This document shows, piece by piece, positions 18,778-27,710 of a stretch of DNA of 56,595 bases. The DNA comes from a virus (taxonomy: Duplodnaviria; Caudoviricetes), in IMG/VR virus record IMGVR_UViG_3300020045_020339, positions 1 through 56,595 of that record; one strand, given 5' to 3'. A program made the position numbers and the translations under genes. The notes under the pieces are model-generated. The model ran no database searches. It was not told the origin of the DNA and saw only the letters and a program-made list of their open reading frames with translations. The stretch's first letter is position 1. The number at the start of each line of letters is the position of its first letter.

Positions 18778-20439
18778 ATGCTCGACATAGTAGAAACACA
18801 TAATGGCTTTGAAGTTTCTTTCCAGTATAAACCCTGGTTGGTACAAGCCATTAAGAAAATACCTGGTTACCGCTTTAACGGTGGAACTAAAAAGTGGTGG
18901 ATACCAGCCAGCAGCGAAACAGCTTTAAAGAATTGGGCTGCAACATTCGGCACCAAGATTAATGATCTTCCAAAAAGTGAAATCGGAGAGATTGAACCAC
19001 TGCCAGAATTGACTGTTGACATTCCTTTAAAGATGACACCCTTCCCATACCAGCGTAACGGTATTGCAAGAGGCCTGCAGTTGAAAAAGTTTATTAATGG
19101 TGATGATATGGGCCTTGGTAAAACGGCGCAAACTATTGCCACGCTAATGGGTGCTAAAGCTAAATGTATCTTGATCATCTGCCCGGCAACACTAAAGGAG
19201 AATTGGAAAAGAGAATGGAAGATGTGGACCGGTAAAGAAGCCATTATAATGAAGGACAGTATTAAAAACACCTGGCATCAATATTATAAAGTTGGCATGG
19301 CCAATGTTTTTATCTGCAACTACGAATCTCTTAAAAAGTATTTTATTGAAAGTATTAACCGGCCATTGGGTAAAGATGGTAAACCGGCACCGCTTCGCCT
19401 TAATCATATAAAATTTAAAGAAACCATTGATTATTTTGATGCTGTTGCAATTGATGAGCTCCACCGCACTAAAGATTATAAAACACAGCTCTCTAAATTC
19501 TGTATGGGTATTGCCCGTGGCAAAGAATATATCATTGGCCTTACTGGTACTCCCGTTGTTAATAAGCCAGTGGATCTTATTGCACAGCTGCAGATCATTG
19601 GCCGGCTGGAAGAGTTTGGCGGTTACAAAGGTTTTACTGATAAGTTTTGTCAAGGTTACAATCAATGCAGCAATCTTAAGGAATTGAATTACCTGTTGAA
19701 TAAACATTGCTTCTTCCGCAGGTTAAAAAAAGAAGTGCTTAATGATCTGCCTGATAAAATGAGAAGTATTGTAAGCTGTGAAATTACCAACCGTGCTGAA
19801 TACAATAAGGCAGAAGCTGACTTTATTAATTTCTTAAAAGAGAACCTTAATAAAACTGATGGCGAAATTGATACTGCTTTGCGTGGTGAGGCTATGGTTA
19901 AAATTGGTATTCTGAAAAAGTTATCTGCTAAGGGTAAAATTGAAGGCATGATTGAGCAGATACAGGAAGTGGTTGAAGCCGGCGAAAAGATAATTGTGTT
20001 TGCTACCCACAAAGAAATAGTTGCCACGCTTAAAGCTGCCATTCCCGGTTCTGTAACAGTTATTGGTGATGATGCAATGGACCAGCGCCAAAGGAACGTG
20101 GATGCCTTCCAGAATAATCCAAAAACACAGGTTATCATCTGTAACATTCAATCTGGTGGTGTGGGTATTACCCTTACTGCAAGTAGCAGGGTTGCTTTTA
20201 TTGAATTACCATGGCACCCAGCGCATGCTGACCAGGCAGAGGACAGGGCATGGCGTATCGGGCAGAAAAATAGTGTGCAGTGTACTTACCTGTTAGGGCA
20301 GGATACTATTGATGAATACATCTATGGCATTATTGAAAAGAAGCGGGCTATTGTGGCACAGGTGACAGGTGCTGAAAATGAGATTGAAACTGAAAAAGGA
20401 ATGGTGGATGATTTGATAAATATGTTTAAAACTAAATAA
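18778..20439 (+). CDS. SNF2-family helicase with HARP-like N-terminus
   Basis: DDMGLGKT, DELH, LTGTPVVN, GVGITLT and QAEDRAWRIGQ motifs; N-terminal FQYKPWLVQAIKKIPG...KKWWIP. Confidence 0.9.
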   Translation: MLDIVETHNGFEVSFQYKPWLVQAIKKIPGYRFNGGTKKWWIPASSETALKNWAATFGTKINDLPKSEIGEIEPLPELTVDIPLKMTPFPYQRNGIARGLQLKKFINGDDMGLGKTAQTIATLMGAKAKCILIICPATLKENWKREWKMWTGKEAIIMKDSIKNTWHQYYKVGMANVFICNYESLKKYFIESINRPLGKDGKPAPLRLNHIKFKETIDYFDAVAIDELHRTKDYKTQLSKFCMGIARGKEYIIGLTGTPVVNKPVDLIAQLQIIGRLEEFGGYKGFTDKFCQGYNQCSNLKELNYLLNKHCFFRRLKKEVLNDLPDKMRSIVSCEITNRAEYNKAEADFINFLKENLNKTDGEIDTALRGEAMVKIGILKKLSAKGKIEGMIEQIQEVVEAGEKIIVFATHKEIVATLKAAIPGSVTVIGDDAMDQRQRNVDAFQNNPKTQVIICNIQSGGVGITLTASSRVAFIELPWHPAHADQAEDRAWRIGQKNSVQCTYLLGQDTIDEYIYGIIEKKRAIVAQVTGAENEIETEKGMVDDLINMFKTK

Positions 20440-20443
20440 CAAT

Positions 20444-20848
20444 ATGAAAAAAGAAATTAAAGATTACCTGCACTTCTACTTGGGATGCCAATGTTTGTGT
20501 TTTGATGAGCGAAATCCGGGTGAGCAAGATATTGGGGTATTAATTGAGGTTGGCAAAAGTCACGCCGTGATAAATCCAGAAAAAGGCAAGAATGATATTG
20601 AAGGAATTTTAAGTGAATTTAAACCTATTCTTCGTAGGATGAAAGATATCACTGGTGATGAAGTTTTAGAATTACATCATTTATCTGTTGAAGATAATTC
20701 AAAGGATGGAATGTCATTAAAAAGCTATTATTCGTCTGAGCCACTTTTTTTGGAACCGGTCCAGTTTTATTTTCTATTATCAAAACACTTTGATCTTTTC
20801 GGCTTAATAGATGCCGGCCTTGCTATTGATAAAGCCACAGTAAAATAA
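20444..20848 (+). CDS. Hypothetical phage protein
   Basis: 134 aa; KPILR and LLSKHFDLFGLIDAGLAID segments. Confidence 0.7.
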   Translation: MKKEIKDYLHFYLGCQCLCFDERNPGEQDIGVLIEVGKSHAVINPEKGKNDIEGILSEFKPILRRMKDITGDEVLELHHLSVEDNSKDGMSLKSYYSSEPLFLEPVQFYFLLSKHFDLFGLIDAGLAIDKATVK

Positions 20849-20871
20849 ACCAGCAAAAGAGTAAATCCAGA

Positions 20872-21783
20872 ATGTCCAAAGAAAATAACATCGGTTCAAA
20901 ATACATCACGGAAATAAATCGGTTCTACGATTGGCTCGAAACGAATCAGCTTCCAAAATCGGCTATTGCCTTATGGCATGGGCTCATGCACATAAACAAC
21001 AAAGCAGGATGGGAACGGATATTCACAGTGGCCATATCAACTATTGAATCTAAAACAGGATTCAAACGGTCTGAACTATTTGAAGCAAGGAATTTATTGA
21101 CACAAAAAGGCAGGATCAAATGGAAACAAAGGGGCGGTAATCTGTGTGCAGAATACGAAATGCAATTTTTTTCCGTCCGTATAGCGGATGCAAGTACGGA
21201 CACAAGTGCGGACGCAAAAGCATACACAAAGCCGACACAAAAGCATACTATTAAGAAGACTACACTACACAACACTAATTCTTCTTCCGCTAAAGCGGCA
21301 AGTAAAAAAAAGGAAGTTGATAAACCGGAAAAAACTAAATACTGGCAAAAGTTAGTCGATACCTGGTTTGTTTTTAACGAAAAAAAATTTAAAGAAAAAC
21401 CTTCTTTCGCCGGCGCCGATCCACGGCACTTAAAAAAAATTATTGAGTTGCTGGAAAAACGTGCCGTCGAAAAAAAGATTGAATGGACAGAGGAAAAAGC
21501 AGTGGAATGGTTTGAGTATTTTTTACAAAAAGCCTTTGAAGATACGTGGCTAAGTAAAAATTTTCTATTGGTTCAACTGGAAAGATTTATTGACAAAATT
21601 TTATTAAATCAAAATGGACAACATAAACCCAAACCTGCCAGCAGTTCAAAAGGTTCAACAATTGACGATATACAGGCCCTTAAACGTGGTGGAGCAAACA
21701 AAACTGACAACGATTTTAACACCGGTGGAAATGCAGGTAGCGAAATTGGAGCGGAGTGGGCAGAAGCTACAGTTGTTGAGTGA
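20872..21783 (+). CDS. Replication initiator (N-terminal winged HTH)
   Basis: SAIALWHGLMHINN...ARNLLTQKGRI wHTH; internal iteron-like repeats. Confidence 0.7.
   Translation: MSKENNIGSKYITEINRFYDWLETNQLPKSAIALWHGLMHINNKAGWERIFTVAISTIESKTGFKRSELFEARNLLTQKGRIKWKQRGGNLCAEYEMQFFSVRIADASTDTSADAKAYTKPTQKHTIKKTTLHNTNSSSAKAASKKKEVDKPEKTKYWQKLVDTWFVFNEKKFKEKPSFAGADPRHLKKIIELLEKRAVEKKIEWTEEKAVEWFEYFLQKAFEDTWLSKNFLLVQLERFIDKILLNQNGQHKPKPASSSKGSTIDDIQALKRGGANKTDNDFNTGGNAGSEIGAEWAEATVVE
21184..21248 (+). repeat. Degenerate ~12-bp tandem repeats, candidate origin iterons
   Basis: GCGGATGCAAGT ACGGACACAAGT GCGGACGCAAAA GCATACACAAAG CCGACACAAAAG. Confidence 0.55.
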
Positions 21784-22510
21784 TGACGATGCCTTTAATG
21801 CTGTAGCGGACCTGGTAAGCGAAATAAAGCTGATAACAGGCGCCATCATGCATGAAGGTGACAAACTGGAACTGCAACTGGAAATGATTAAAAGGTTTAT
21901 TGTTAGCGGATTTGGCAATTTAACCAAGCCGGAAATAGTACAGGCTTTTTACATGAACCTGCAAGGGCAGTTTGAAGATGTGTATGTGCATTACAACAAA
22001 GAATTAAACGCTGAATTTATTGGCAATGTGTTACGGGCTTATTTGAGGTGGAAAGCAAGGCTGGTAAATGACAAAGGTCATAAAATTCAGCAGCTTTTAA
22101 AATCGGAAAAGCCAGTTAAAAGAGATATTGACTATGAATTTTGGAAGGAATTGATACAAAAAGAATATGAGGTATTGAAAGCAAAAGGAGTAAGTGATCA
22201 GCTGTGGCATGATAGGAAATATTACACGTTGAGGAAGTATGGGTTACTGTATTTTATCGGGCTTGATACCTGGTTTTACTTTATGAAGAAAGCTATCAAA
22301 AATACCAATGGTGAATTGAAGGTTCCGTTAAATAGCAATTTGGCGAAGTACAGTTTTGTGACGGTGGCCAGTGTGATCAATATTTTCCATACGCATGCAG
22401 ATTTTAAAGTTTGTTTGACTGAGGCTCGGCGGCTGGCTTACCTCTATGTTTTGAAAGCTTGTATTGATTGCGGTATTAATAATTTATGGGAGGATATAAA
22501 AACAGTTTAA
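21614..22510 (+). CDS. Replication-module protein, possible helicase loader
   Basis: 298 aa, overlaps initiator 3' end by 170 nt; function inferred from position only. Confidence 0.55.
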   Translation: MDNINPNLPAVQKVQQLTIYRPLNVVEQTKLTTILTPVEMQVAKLERSGQKLQLLSDDDAFNAVADLVSEIKLITGAIMHEGDKLELQLEMIKRFIVSGFGNLTKPEIVQAFYMNLQGQFEDVYVHYNKELNAEFIGNVLRAYLRWKARLVNDKGHKIQQLLKSEKPVKRDIDYEFWKELIQKEYEVLKAKGVSDQLWHDRKYYTLRKYGLLYFIGLDTWFYFMKKAIKNTNGELKVPLNSNLAKYSFVTVASVINIFHTHADFKVCLTEARRLAYLYVLKACIDCGINNLWEDIKTV

Positions 22511-22521
22511 AATAAAAAAAT

Positions 22522-22935
22522 ATGCAATACAGTCCAAAATTAAAAAGAGTAGCTGCTCAAATATTAGAAATACTGAAAGCTGAAAAGATTGCCGGTGTAG
22601 TTGTCCTTCATACAATTGAAGGTCCTGCTACAATAACAAAAGATCGGGTGCATGTATCTGGTTTTTCGGAATTTCTTTTCCATATCAACACACCATATTC
22701 AGCAGCAGCAATTGAAAACGATCGCCTGAAAGTAAAAGGTAAGGCCGTTCATTATCCATCAAAAGAGCATCGGGATATTATGATGGCTGGAGCAGTTAAT
22801 ATGCTTAGTCACTTAGGAGAAATAACAACCAAAATGGCAATGCAGGCTATTGATATTGAAAATATGGTTAAGGCGATGGTTGACAGTGACGACACAACTG
22901 GTAACATGACATCCCATAGCCAACAAAATAATTAA
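22522..22935 (+). CDS. Hypothetical protein
   Basis: 137 aa ORF. Confidence 0.7.
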   Translation: MQYSPKLKRVAAQILEILKAEKIAGVVVLHTIEGPATITKDRVHVSGFSEFLFHINTPYSAAAIENDRLKVKGKAVHYPSKEHRDIMMAGAVNMLSHLGEITTKMAMQAIDIENMVKAMVDSDDTTGNMTSHSQQNN

Positions 22936-22938
22936 CCA

Positions 22939-23151
22939 ATGCAACAAAACCTTTTTGAAGTTCCCGAAACGCCAAAGGCAAAGCCGGCACCGGGCATGCG
23001 TTGTAAAAACTGCATTCATTGTTACGAACACCAATATAACAGTACAAAATATTGCAGCAGGCAAAGGCAGAAAGGTACCAGTTACGGCGATAAAAAAATA
23101 AAGGCTAATGATGCGGCATGTCCAATGTTTGAAAAAATAGAAAAAAAGTAA
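22939..23151 (+). CDS. Small Cys-rich putative zinc-binding protein
   Basis: CKNCIHC...YC...ACPMF. Confidence 0.65.
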   Translation: MQQNLFEVPETPKAKPAPGMRCKNCIHCYEHQYNSTKYCSRQRQKGTSYGDKKIKANDAACPMFEKIEKK

Positions 23152-23555
23152 TGCCTAAAGCTTTCACCTTATCCGATTTAAAAAACTCTGCCTGTGCAAA
23201 GCTTAACCCTCATCTTTTTGGCGAAGTGGTAAAAGAGAAAAAGCAAAGTAAGTATAGTAATAAAAAGTGTGTAGTTGATGATATTGAATTTGACAGTACA
23301 AAAGAAGCTAACCGGTATAAAGAATTGAAGATCCTTTTAAAAGCCGGGCACATTGGATTTTTACAACTGCAGGTTGAATATGAATTGAATGAAGGCGGCT
23401 CACATTCATTAAAATATGTTGCTGATTTTGTTTACACAGATTCTTTAACAGGCCTGCAGGTGGTAGAAGATGTGAAAGGATTTAGAACGGCAGTTTATCG
23501 CAAAAAAAAGCGGTTAATGTTTAAAGTTCATGGTATTAAAATTAAAGAAACCTAA
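23151..23555 (+). CDS. DUF1064-like PD-(D/E)XK endonuclease
   Basis: SKYSNKK, FDSTKEANRY, YVADFVY, VEDVKG and YRKKKRLM motifs. Confidence 0.85.
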   Translation: MPKAFTLSDLKNSACAKLNPHLFGEVVKEKKQSKYSNKKCVVDDIEFDSTKEANRYKELKILLKAGHIGFLQLQVEYELNEGGSHSLKYVADFVYTDSLTGLQVVEDVKGFRTAVYRKKKRLMFKVHGIKIKET

Positions 23556-23821
23556 TGGCCAAACTGCAACTATATCTTAAAGGTGCACACTTTCAGGAAT
23601 CTGAAATTGAATTGCCAAATAATGAAAGGGCCATTTATGATCCGGAAGACAATTTTGAAACAAATTGCTTTATAAGAGAAGAGTATGTTCAGTACCAATC
23701 AAAAGTTTTAAAAGTGAATTTCATCAAGCAAATTTTAAAATGCCAGAATGAATATGAAATCTACTTGGTGGTTAGAAGTAAAATGGGGGAGGAAAATTTA
23801 TTAGAAGATTCAATTATTTAA
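23555..23821 (+). CDS. Hypothetical protein
   Basis: TAATG coupling; 88 aa. Confidence 0.65.
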   Translation: MAKLQLYLKGAHFQESEIELPNNERAIYDPEDNFETNCFIREEYVQYQSKVLKVNFIKQILKCQNEYEIYLVVRSKMGEENLLEDSII

Positions 23822-23831
23822 AAACATAGAA

Positions 23832-24278
23832 ATGTCAATCAATTTAAAAAACTACACAACAGAAGTTCCGGCAAGTCGGAGCATTGATAATATTGAAAAA
23901 TTACTTGCAGGAGCAGGTGCTTCAAATACAATGCGAGAATATGCACCAGATGCCACAGTCGCTGCAATTTCTTTTATAATTGAGATGGATGGCATGAAAC
24001 TGCCGTTCCGTTTACCAGCGAAGCCCGATAATGTTTTTAAATGGCTTAGGAAGAAAAAGCCCAATTCAGCAACTAAAACTTTAAAGGAACAGTCTTTTCG
24101 CATTGCGTGGAAACATCAGTTTGAATTATTGCACCTGCAGTTAACCAGCATCGAATTGGAACAGGCTGAAAAATTGGAGATATTATTTCCTTACCTGTAT
24201 GACGTTCAAAAAAATGAAACTTATTATCAACGGTTAAAACAAGGTGGCTTTAAAGCACTGCTTCCACCGGCACAATAA
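23832..24278 (+). CDS. Hypothetical phage protein
   Basis: 148 aa; NYTTEVPASRS and RIAWK segments. Confidence 0.75.
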   Translation: MSINLKNYTTEVPASRSIDNIEKLLAGAGASNTMREYAPDATVAAISFIIEMDGMKLPFRLPAKPDNVFKWLRKKKPNSATKTLKEQSFRIAWKHQFELLHLQLTSIELEQAEKLEILFPYLYDVQKNETYYQRLKQGGFKALLPPAQ

Positions 24279-24279
24279 T

Positions 24280-24462
24280 ATGGCAGATTACATCTACTTA
24301 GGAGACAGGTTCACCGATCCTAAATACAAAGGAGCTCAATGCTCAGCTGTTCGCTGGGCTAATGGTAAATGTATCCGGGGAAAAAACGGAAGTATGCTGG
24401 TAAGCTTTGAAGGTATAAGGGTTAATGTAATTGGAAGGTTATTAAGAAAAATAAAAAAGTAA
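24280..24462 (+). CDS. Hypothetical protein
   Basis: ATG 24280, MADYIYLGDR... Confidence 0.6.
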   Translation: MADYIYLGDRFTDPKYKGAQCSAVRWANGKCIRGKNGSMLVSFEGIRVNVIGRLLRKIKK

Positions 24463-24472
24463 TTTTATACAG

Positions 24473-25882
24473 ATGATAAAAATTGAACCCAAAAATGCAG
24501 AGCAGGAAAAAGCGATAGCTACCGGCATTGAGTTTATTGAAAAAGGTAGACCCGACCAGTGGTTAGTTATTGGCGGCAAAGCTGGTACCGGTAAAACAAC
24601 AATTGCACAAGCTATAGTGGCGCCATACTTTGAAAAGAGATGCATTTTAGTGTGTGCCCTTTCTCATAAAGCTAAATTGGTAATATCGGAAAAGCTGGCT
24701 AAGGCCTTTGGCGCTAAAGCTATTATTTCAAAATCTGTGGCCGGCGCCCTTGGAATGAAAATGGATGCAGAAACAGGAAAATTTGTTATTGACAGGTCTG
24801 AAGATTTTGATCCGGTAATTAAACGTGCAAAAATTATTATTGTGGATGAAGGTTCGATGATCAATGAAGAGGCCCATGCATTGATCATGTCGGAAAAAAT
24901 GAAAAATGCAAAGGTTATTTACCTTGGTGATATTCGACAATTACCACCAATCCGGGAAACTGGAAGCAAAGAAGCTGATAAGCCATCGCCCATTTTCTAC
25001 GGGCCAAACTTTGTTGTATTAACTGAAAGGATCAGGCAGGGTGAAGAATCACCCATACTTCCTTTTGCGGATTTCTTTGGTGATAACTCCCGCCGAAATT
25101 ATCCATTATTAAATCCTGTACCTGCTGATCATCGCAGCAGTATTGTTAATGAAAAAGGCGCCCTGGTATTTGCTGATAACATTTATGAAGTAATTGAAGC
25201 GGTAATGCCACTATACCAGTATGCGGTTGACAATAAAAACATGAATGTTATTAAAACCGTTACTTACCGGAACGATACCCGGAAGAAAGTAAATGACCTG
25301 GTACGTGATCATATTTTTGGCCGTAATTCAGAAAAGCAATTTATGGTAGGAGAGCTTCTGATGTTTCAAGATAATTATACTTTACAGGATCTGCTTGAAC
25401 CAATTTCAAATAGTTATGAAATACAGGTAACCGGTGTTACAGAGGATACGGAAGATTATAAAATATGGGTTTTGGAATTTATCCATGAAGAAAAACCAAC
25501 CTTCATTAAAGTTCTTGACTATACAGAAGTCAGCCGGCATGCTGCAGATGTTACCGAAAGATTCCGAATTGCTAAAAGTTTACCTTTTGGAAGTCCAGAA
25601 AGGGCAGAAGCTTTGGGTAAAGCCTGGAGTTTGAGAATGAGATATGCACCTGTAGAGTATGCTTATGCCATCACCTCCCACAAATCTCAGGGCTCAACTT
25701 ATAATACTGTTGTAGTTGATGAAAGGGATATTATGTCTGTTAAGATGACAAGCAACAAATCAAAATCGCAATCGATGTACACAGCCCTTACTCGGGCAGC
25801 AATTACCAGTATTGTTATCGATGGCCAGCCAATGGATGAAAGTTTAGAAAAGGCTGTGGCACTTTCTGTAAGTAAGTTGTAA
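24473..25882 (+). CDS. SF1B helicase, Dda/RecD-like
   Basis: GKAGTGKTT, VDEGSMI, GDIRQLPPI, RIRQ, YAITSHKSQGSTY and YTALTRA motifs. Confidence 0.9.
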   Translation: MIKIEPKNAEQEKAIATGIEFIEKGRPDQWLVIGGKAGTGKTTIAQAIVAPYFEKRCILVCALSHKAKLVISEKLAKAFGAKAIISKSVAGALGMKMDAETGKFVIDRSEDFDPVIKRAKIIIVDEGSMINEEAHALIMSEKMKNAKVIYLGDIRQLPPIRETGSKEADKPSPIFYGPNFVVLTERIRQGEESPILPFADFFGDNSRRNYPLLNPVPADHRSSIVNEKGALVFADNIYEVIEAVMPLYQYAVDNKNMNVIKTVTYRNDTRKKVNDLVRDHIFGRNSEKQFMVGELLMFQDNYTLQDLLEPISNSYEIQVTGVTEDTEDYKIWVLEFIHEEKPTFIKVLDYTEVSRHAADVTERFRIAKSLPFGSPERAEALGKAWSLRMRYAPVEYAYAITSHKSQGSTYNTVVVDERDIMSVKMTSNKSKSQSMYTALTRAAITSIVIDGQPMDESLEKAVALSVSKL

Positions 25883-25918
25883 TAAATCTCTCCAAAAAAC
25901 TTCAAAATAACTTTTATA

Positions 25919-25953
25919 AATGTTTGGATATTCCAAACATTATTGTATCTTTA
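25919..25953 (+). promoter_or_regulatory. Promoter with palindromic operator over the -33 box (cassette B)
   Basis: Perfect IR AATGTTTGGA-TAT-TCCAAACATT 25919-25941; TTTG 25923-25926, 19-nt spacer, TATCTTTA 25946-25953. Confidence 0.7.
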
Positions 25954-26020
25954 TGCTTCAATAGTTCTTTTATATACAAACAAAGCGGTAGGCTCCGCAA
26001 TAGAAATGCCACTTCTAATT

Positions 26021-26350
26021 ATGCAGCAAGCATTTTTAAGAATCAGGGAAATCTCGATTGATTTGCCAGATGTAACAATCGGAATCATTGATTTCGAAAT
26101 CGTGAAAAAAGGTTGGGTTGTCAAAATTAAAGGACAACAACACTTTGAAGGTAAAGATGGCATGATTACCGCCATTGACCTTGCAAGGGAAACAACCAAA
26201 ACGGTTTCGGGTTGGAAATCGGGAAAAGCTGAACTGTGGGATGTGTGCCAAATCTTCACCAACGAAGATGCAGCCACAAAAGCAGGAATCGAAAACGAAC
26301 AGATGGCAATTTACCAAATTGAAACTGGACGTTTAAAATGGCTTAGCTAA
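26021..26350 (+). CDS. Hypothetical protein (accessory cassette B)
   Basis: ATG 26021 (or 26006) downstream of promoter. Confidence 0.65.
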   Translation: MQQAFLRIREISIDLPDVTIGIIDFEIVKKGWVVKIKGQQHFEGKDGMITAIDLARETTKTVSGWKSGKAELWDVCQIFTNEDAATKAGIENEQMAIYQIETGRLKWLS

Positions 26351-26351
26351 C

Positions 26352-26383
26352 AAAGTAAGGGGGTGAAAATCCCCCTACTTTTT
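26352..26383 (+). terminator. Intrinsic terminator
   Basis: AAAGTAAGGGGG-loop-CCCCCTACTTT followed by T-tract. Confidence 0.7.
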
Positions 26384-26396
26384 AAATATATATTTT

Positions 26397-26870
26397 ATGG
26401 CAGAAATCAAAAACCGTCACCTCTTGCAGGATATTATTCAGCAAAGTGATCTCGAAAAAATGGAATACGCCGCCACTGAACACAGGCGTCACAATGGTAT
26501 TGTATTTAAAATTATAGAGTACAATGCCAAAACAAAAAAGGTAGTCATCCAGATCAGGCAGGAAAAAAATGCAGCTGGAGTATATCACAATAAAAAGCGG
26601 TTGCTGGAAATTGTGCCCGAAACATTTGGCCGGTTCTTCCCTGGTGTAAAAATCAGCGTTCAGCCAATTCCTTACCAGGAAAGCCCGGTTAACAAAATTG
26701 ATATTGCATGGGTAAAGGATAAAATGTTAACCACCGGTACCAAATTGAAAGATATTGAAGCTGATACCGGTTTGAATTATACTTACCTGAGCAGCCTGAT
26801 GAATGAAAGCGATCCATTGGGGCAAACAATGAAGGCCTTATTCTATTACTATTTTAAAACAAAGGAGTAA
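26397..26870 (+). CDS. Protein with C-terminal HTH
   Basis: TKLKDIEADTGLNYTYLSSLMN is XRE-HTH-like. Confidence 0.7.
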   Translation: MAEIKNRHLLQDIIQQSDLEKMEYAATEHRRHNGIVFKIIEYNAKTKKVVIQIRQEKNAAGVYHNKKRLLEIVPETFGRFFPGVKISVQPIPYQESPVNKIDIAWVKDKMLTTGTKLKDIEADTGLNYTYLSSLMNESDPLGQTMKALFYYYFKTKE

Positions 26871-26875
26871 ATAAA

Positions 26876-27118
26876 ATGTCCAAAAAGTTAACATCAATAA
26901 CATGGGCTGAATTAAAAAAGGAAATGAGCATAGCCGGTGATCCTGATGCTGTTGTTGAGGTTGCCGATGATATCGTGTCACTAATATTAGGCCGGATAAA
27001 CCCGCAGAATATTCCGTCGCTAATAAATATCCAGCTGGCTCTGCAAAAGATAATGGCCGAGTTCAGGTTGTATGAAAAGATACAGCGAGACCGGCAGCAT
27101 CCGAAAATAGGTAAGTAA
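26876..27118 (+). CDS. Hypothetical protein
   Basis: 80 aa ORF. Confidence 0.65.
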   Translation: MSKKLTSITWAELKKEMSIAGDPDAVVEVADDIVSLILGRINPQNIPSLINIQLALQKIMAEFRLYEKIQRDRQHPKIGK

Positions 27119-27123
27119 TTTTT

Positions 27124-27157
27124 TTTGGCTTCGCTGTGTATTAATTTAATAACTTTG
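27124..27157 (+). promoter_or_regulatory. Promoter for terminase genes
   Basis: TTTG 27124-27127 and TAACTTTG 27150-27157 (22-nt spacer). Confidence 0.55.
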
Positions 27158-27173
27158 GTATTATTGTAATATT

Positions 27174-27710
27174 ATGGCAAAAGCTGATAAGCAGGTAATT
27201 ATTGATTCTATCATAAAGGATATAGAAAAAGGAACCGACCGTGGTAAGGTAATTGCAAAGTATTGCAAAAAACTTCAAAAATCTGATCGTACAATAGATA
27301 GTTACTGGAAAATTGCAAATGAACAATACAAAGAAAGACAGAGCAAGGCTAAGGCGGCGGCGGATGCAGCTTATATCGCAGCTAGTGCTGAAGCCGCTAA
27401 ACAAGCTGTAATGAGCTCACAGGAGCGAAAGGAGATTTTAAGCAAAATAGCTAGAGGTGAAAGAACATCACTTGAACCAAATCCTAAAAAACCGTCTGTT
27501 CTTATAGAGGTGCCAGTAATTGTTGATACTTTAGAAATAATAAGAGCAATAGGCGAATTAAATAAAATGGAAGGTGACTATGCTCCTACTAAAGTCGCTC
27601 CTACCAATGTAAAAGGCGAAGACCTGCAGCCGCCACTTGATTACTCAAAACTTTCAGTTGCAGAATTAGAAGCTTTAAAAGCAATACATGACAAACACGC
27701 TGCCGTTTAG
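27174..27710 (+). CDS. terS: Terminase small subunit
   Basis: ERKEILSKIARGE and IRAIGELNKMEGDYAPTK segments; immediately upstream of and overlapping terL. Confidence 0.8.
   Translation: MAKADKQVIIDSIIKDIEKGTDRGKVIAKYCKKLQKSDRTIDSYWKIANEQYKERQSKAKAAADAAYIAASAEAAKQAVMSSQERKEILSKIARGERTSLEPNPKKPSVLIEVPVIVDTLEIIRAIGELNKMEGDYAPTKVAPTNVKGEDLQPPLDYSKLSVAELEALKAIHDKHAAV

Noticed and set aside
25943-26005. ORF-track start at 25943
   Set aside because: It overlaps the -7 promoter box; downstream ATGs at 26006 or 26021 are more plausible
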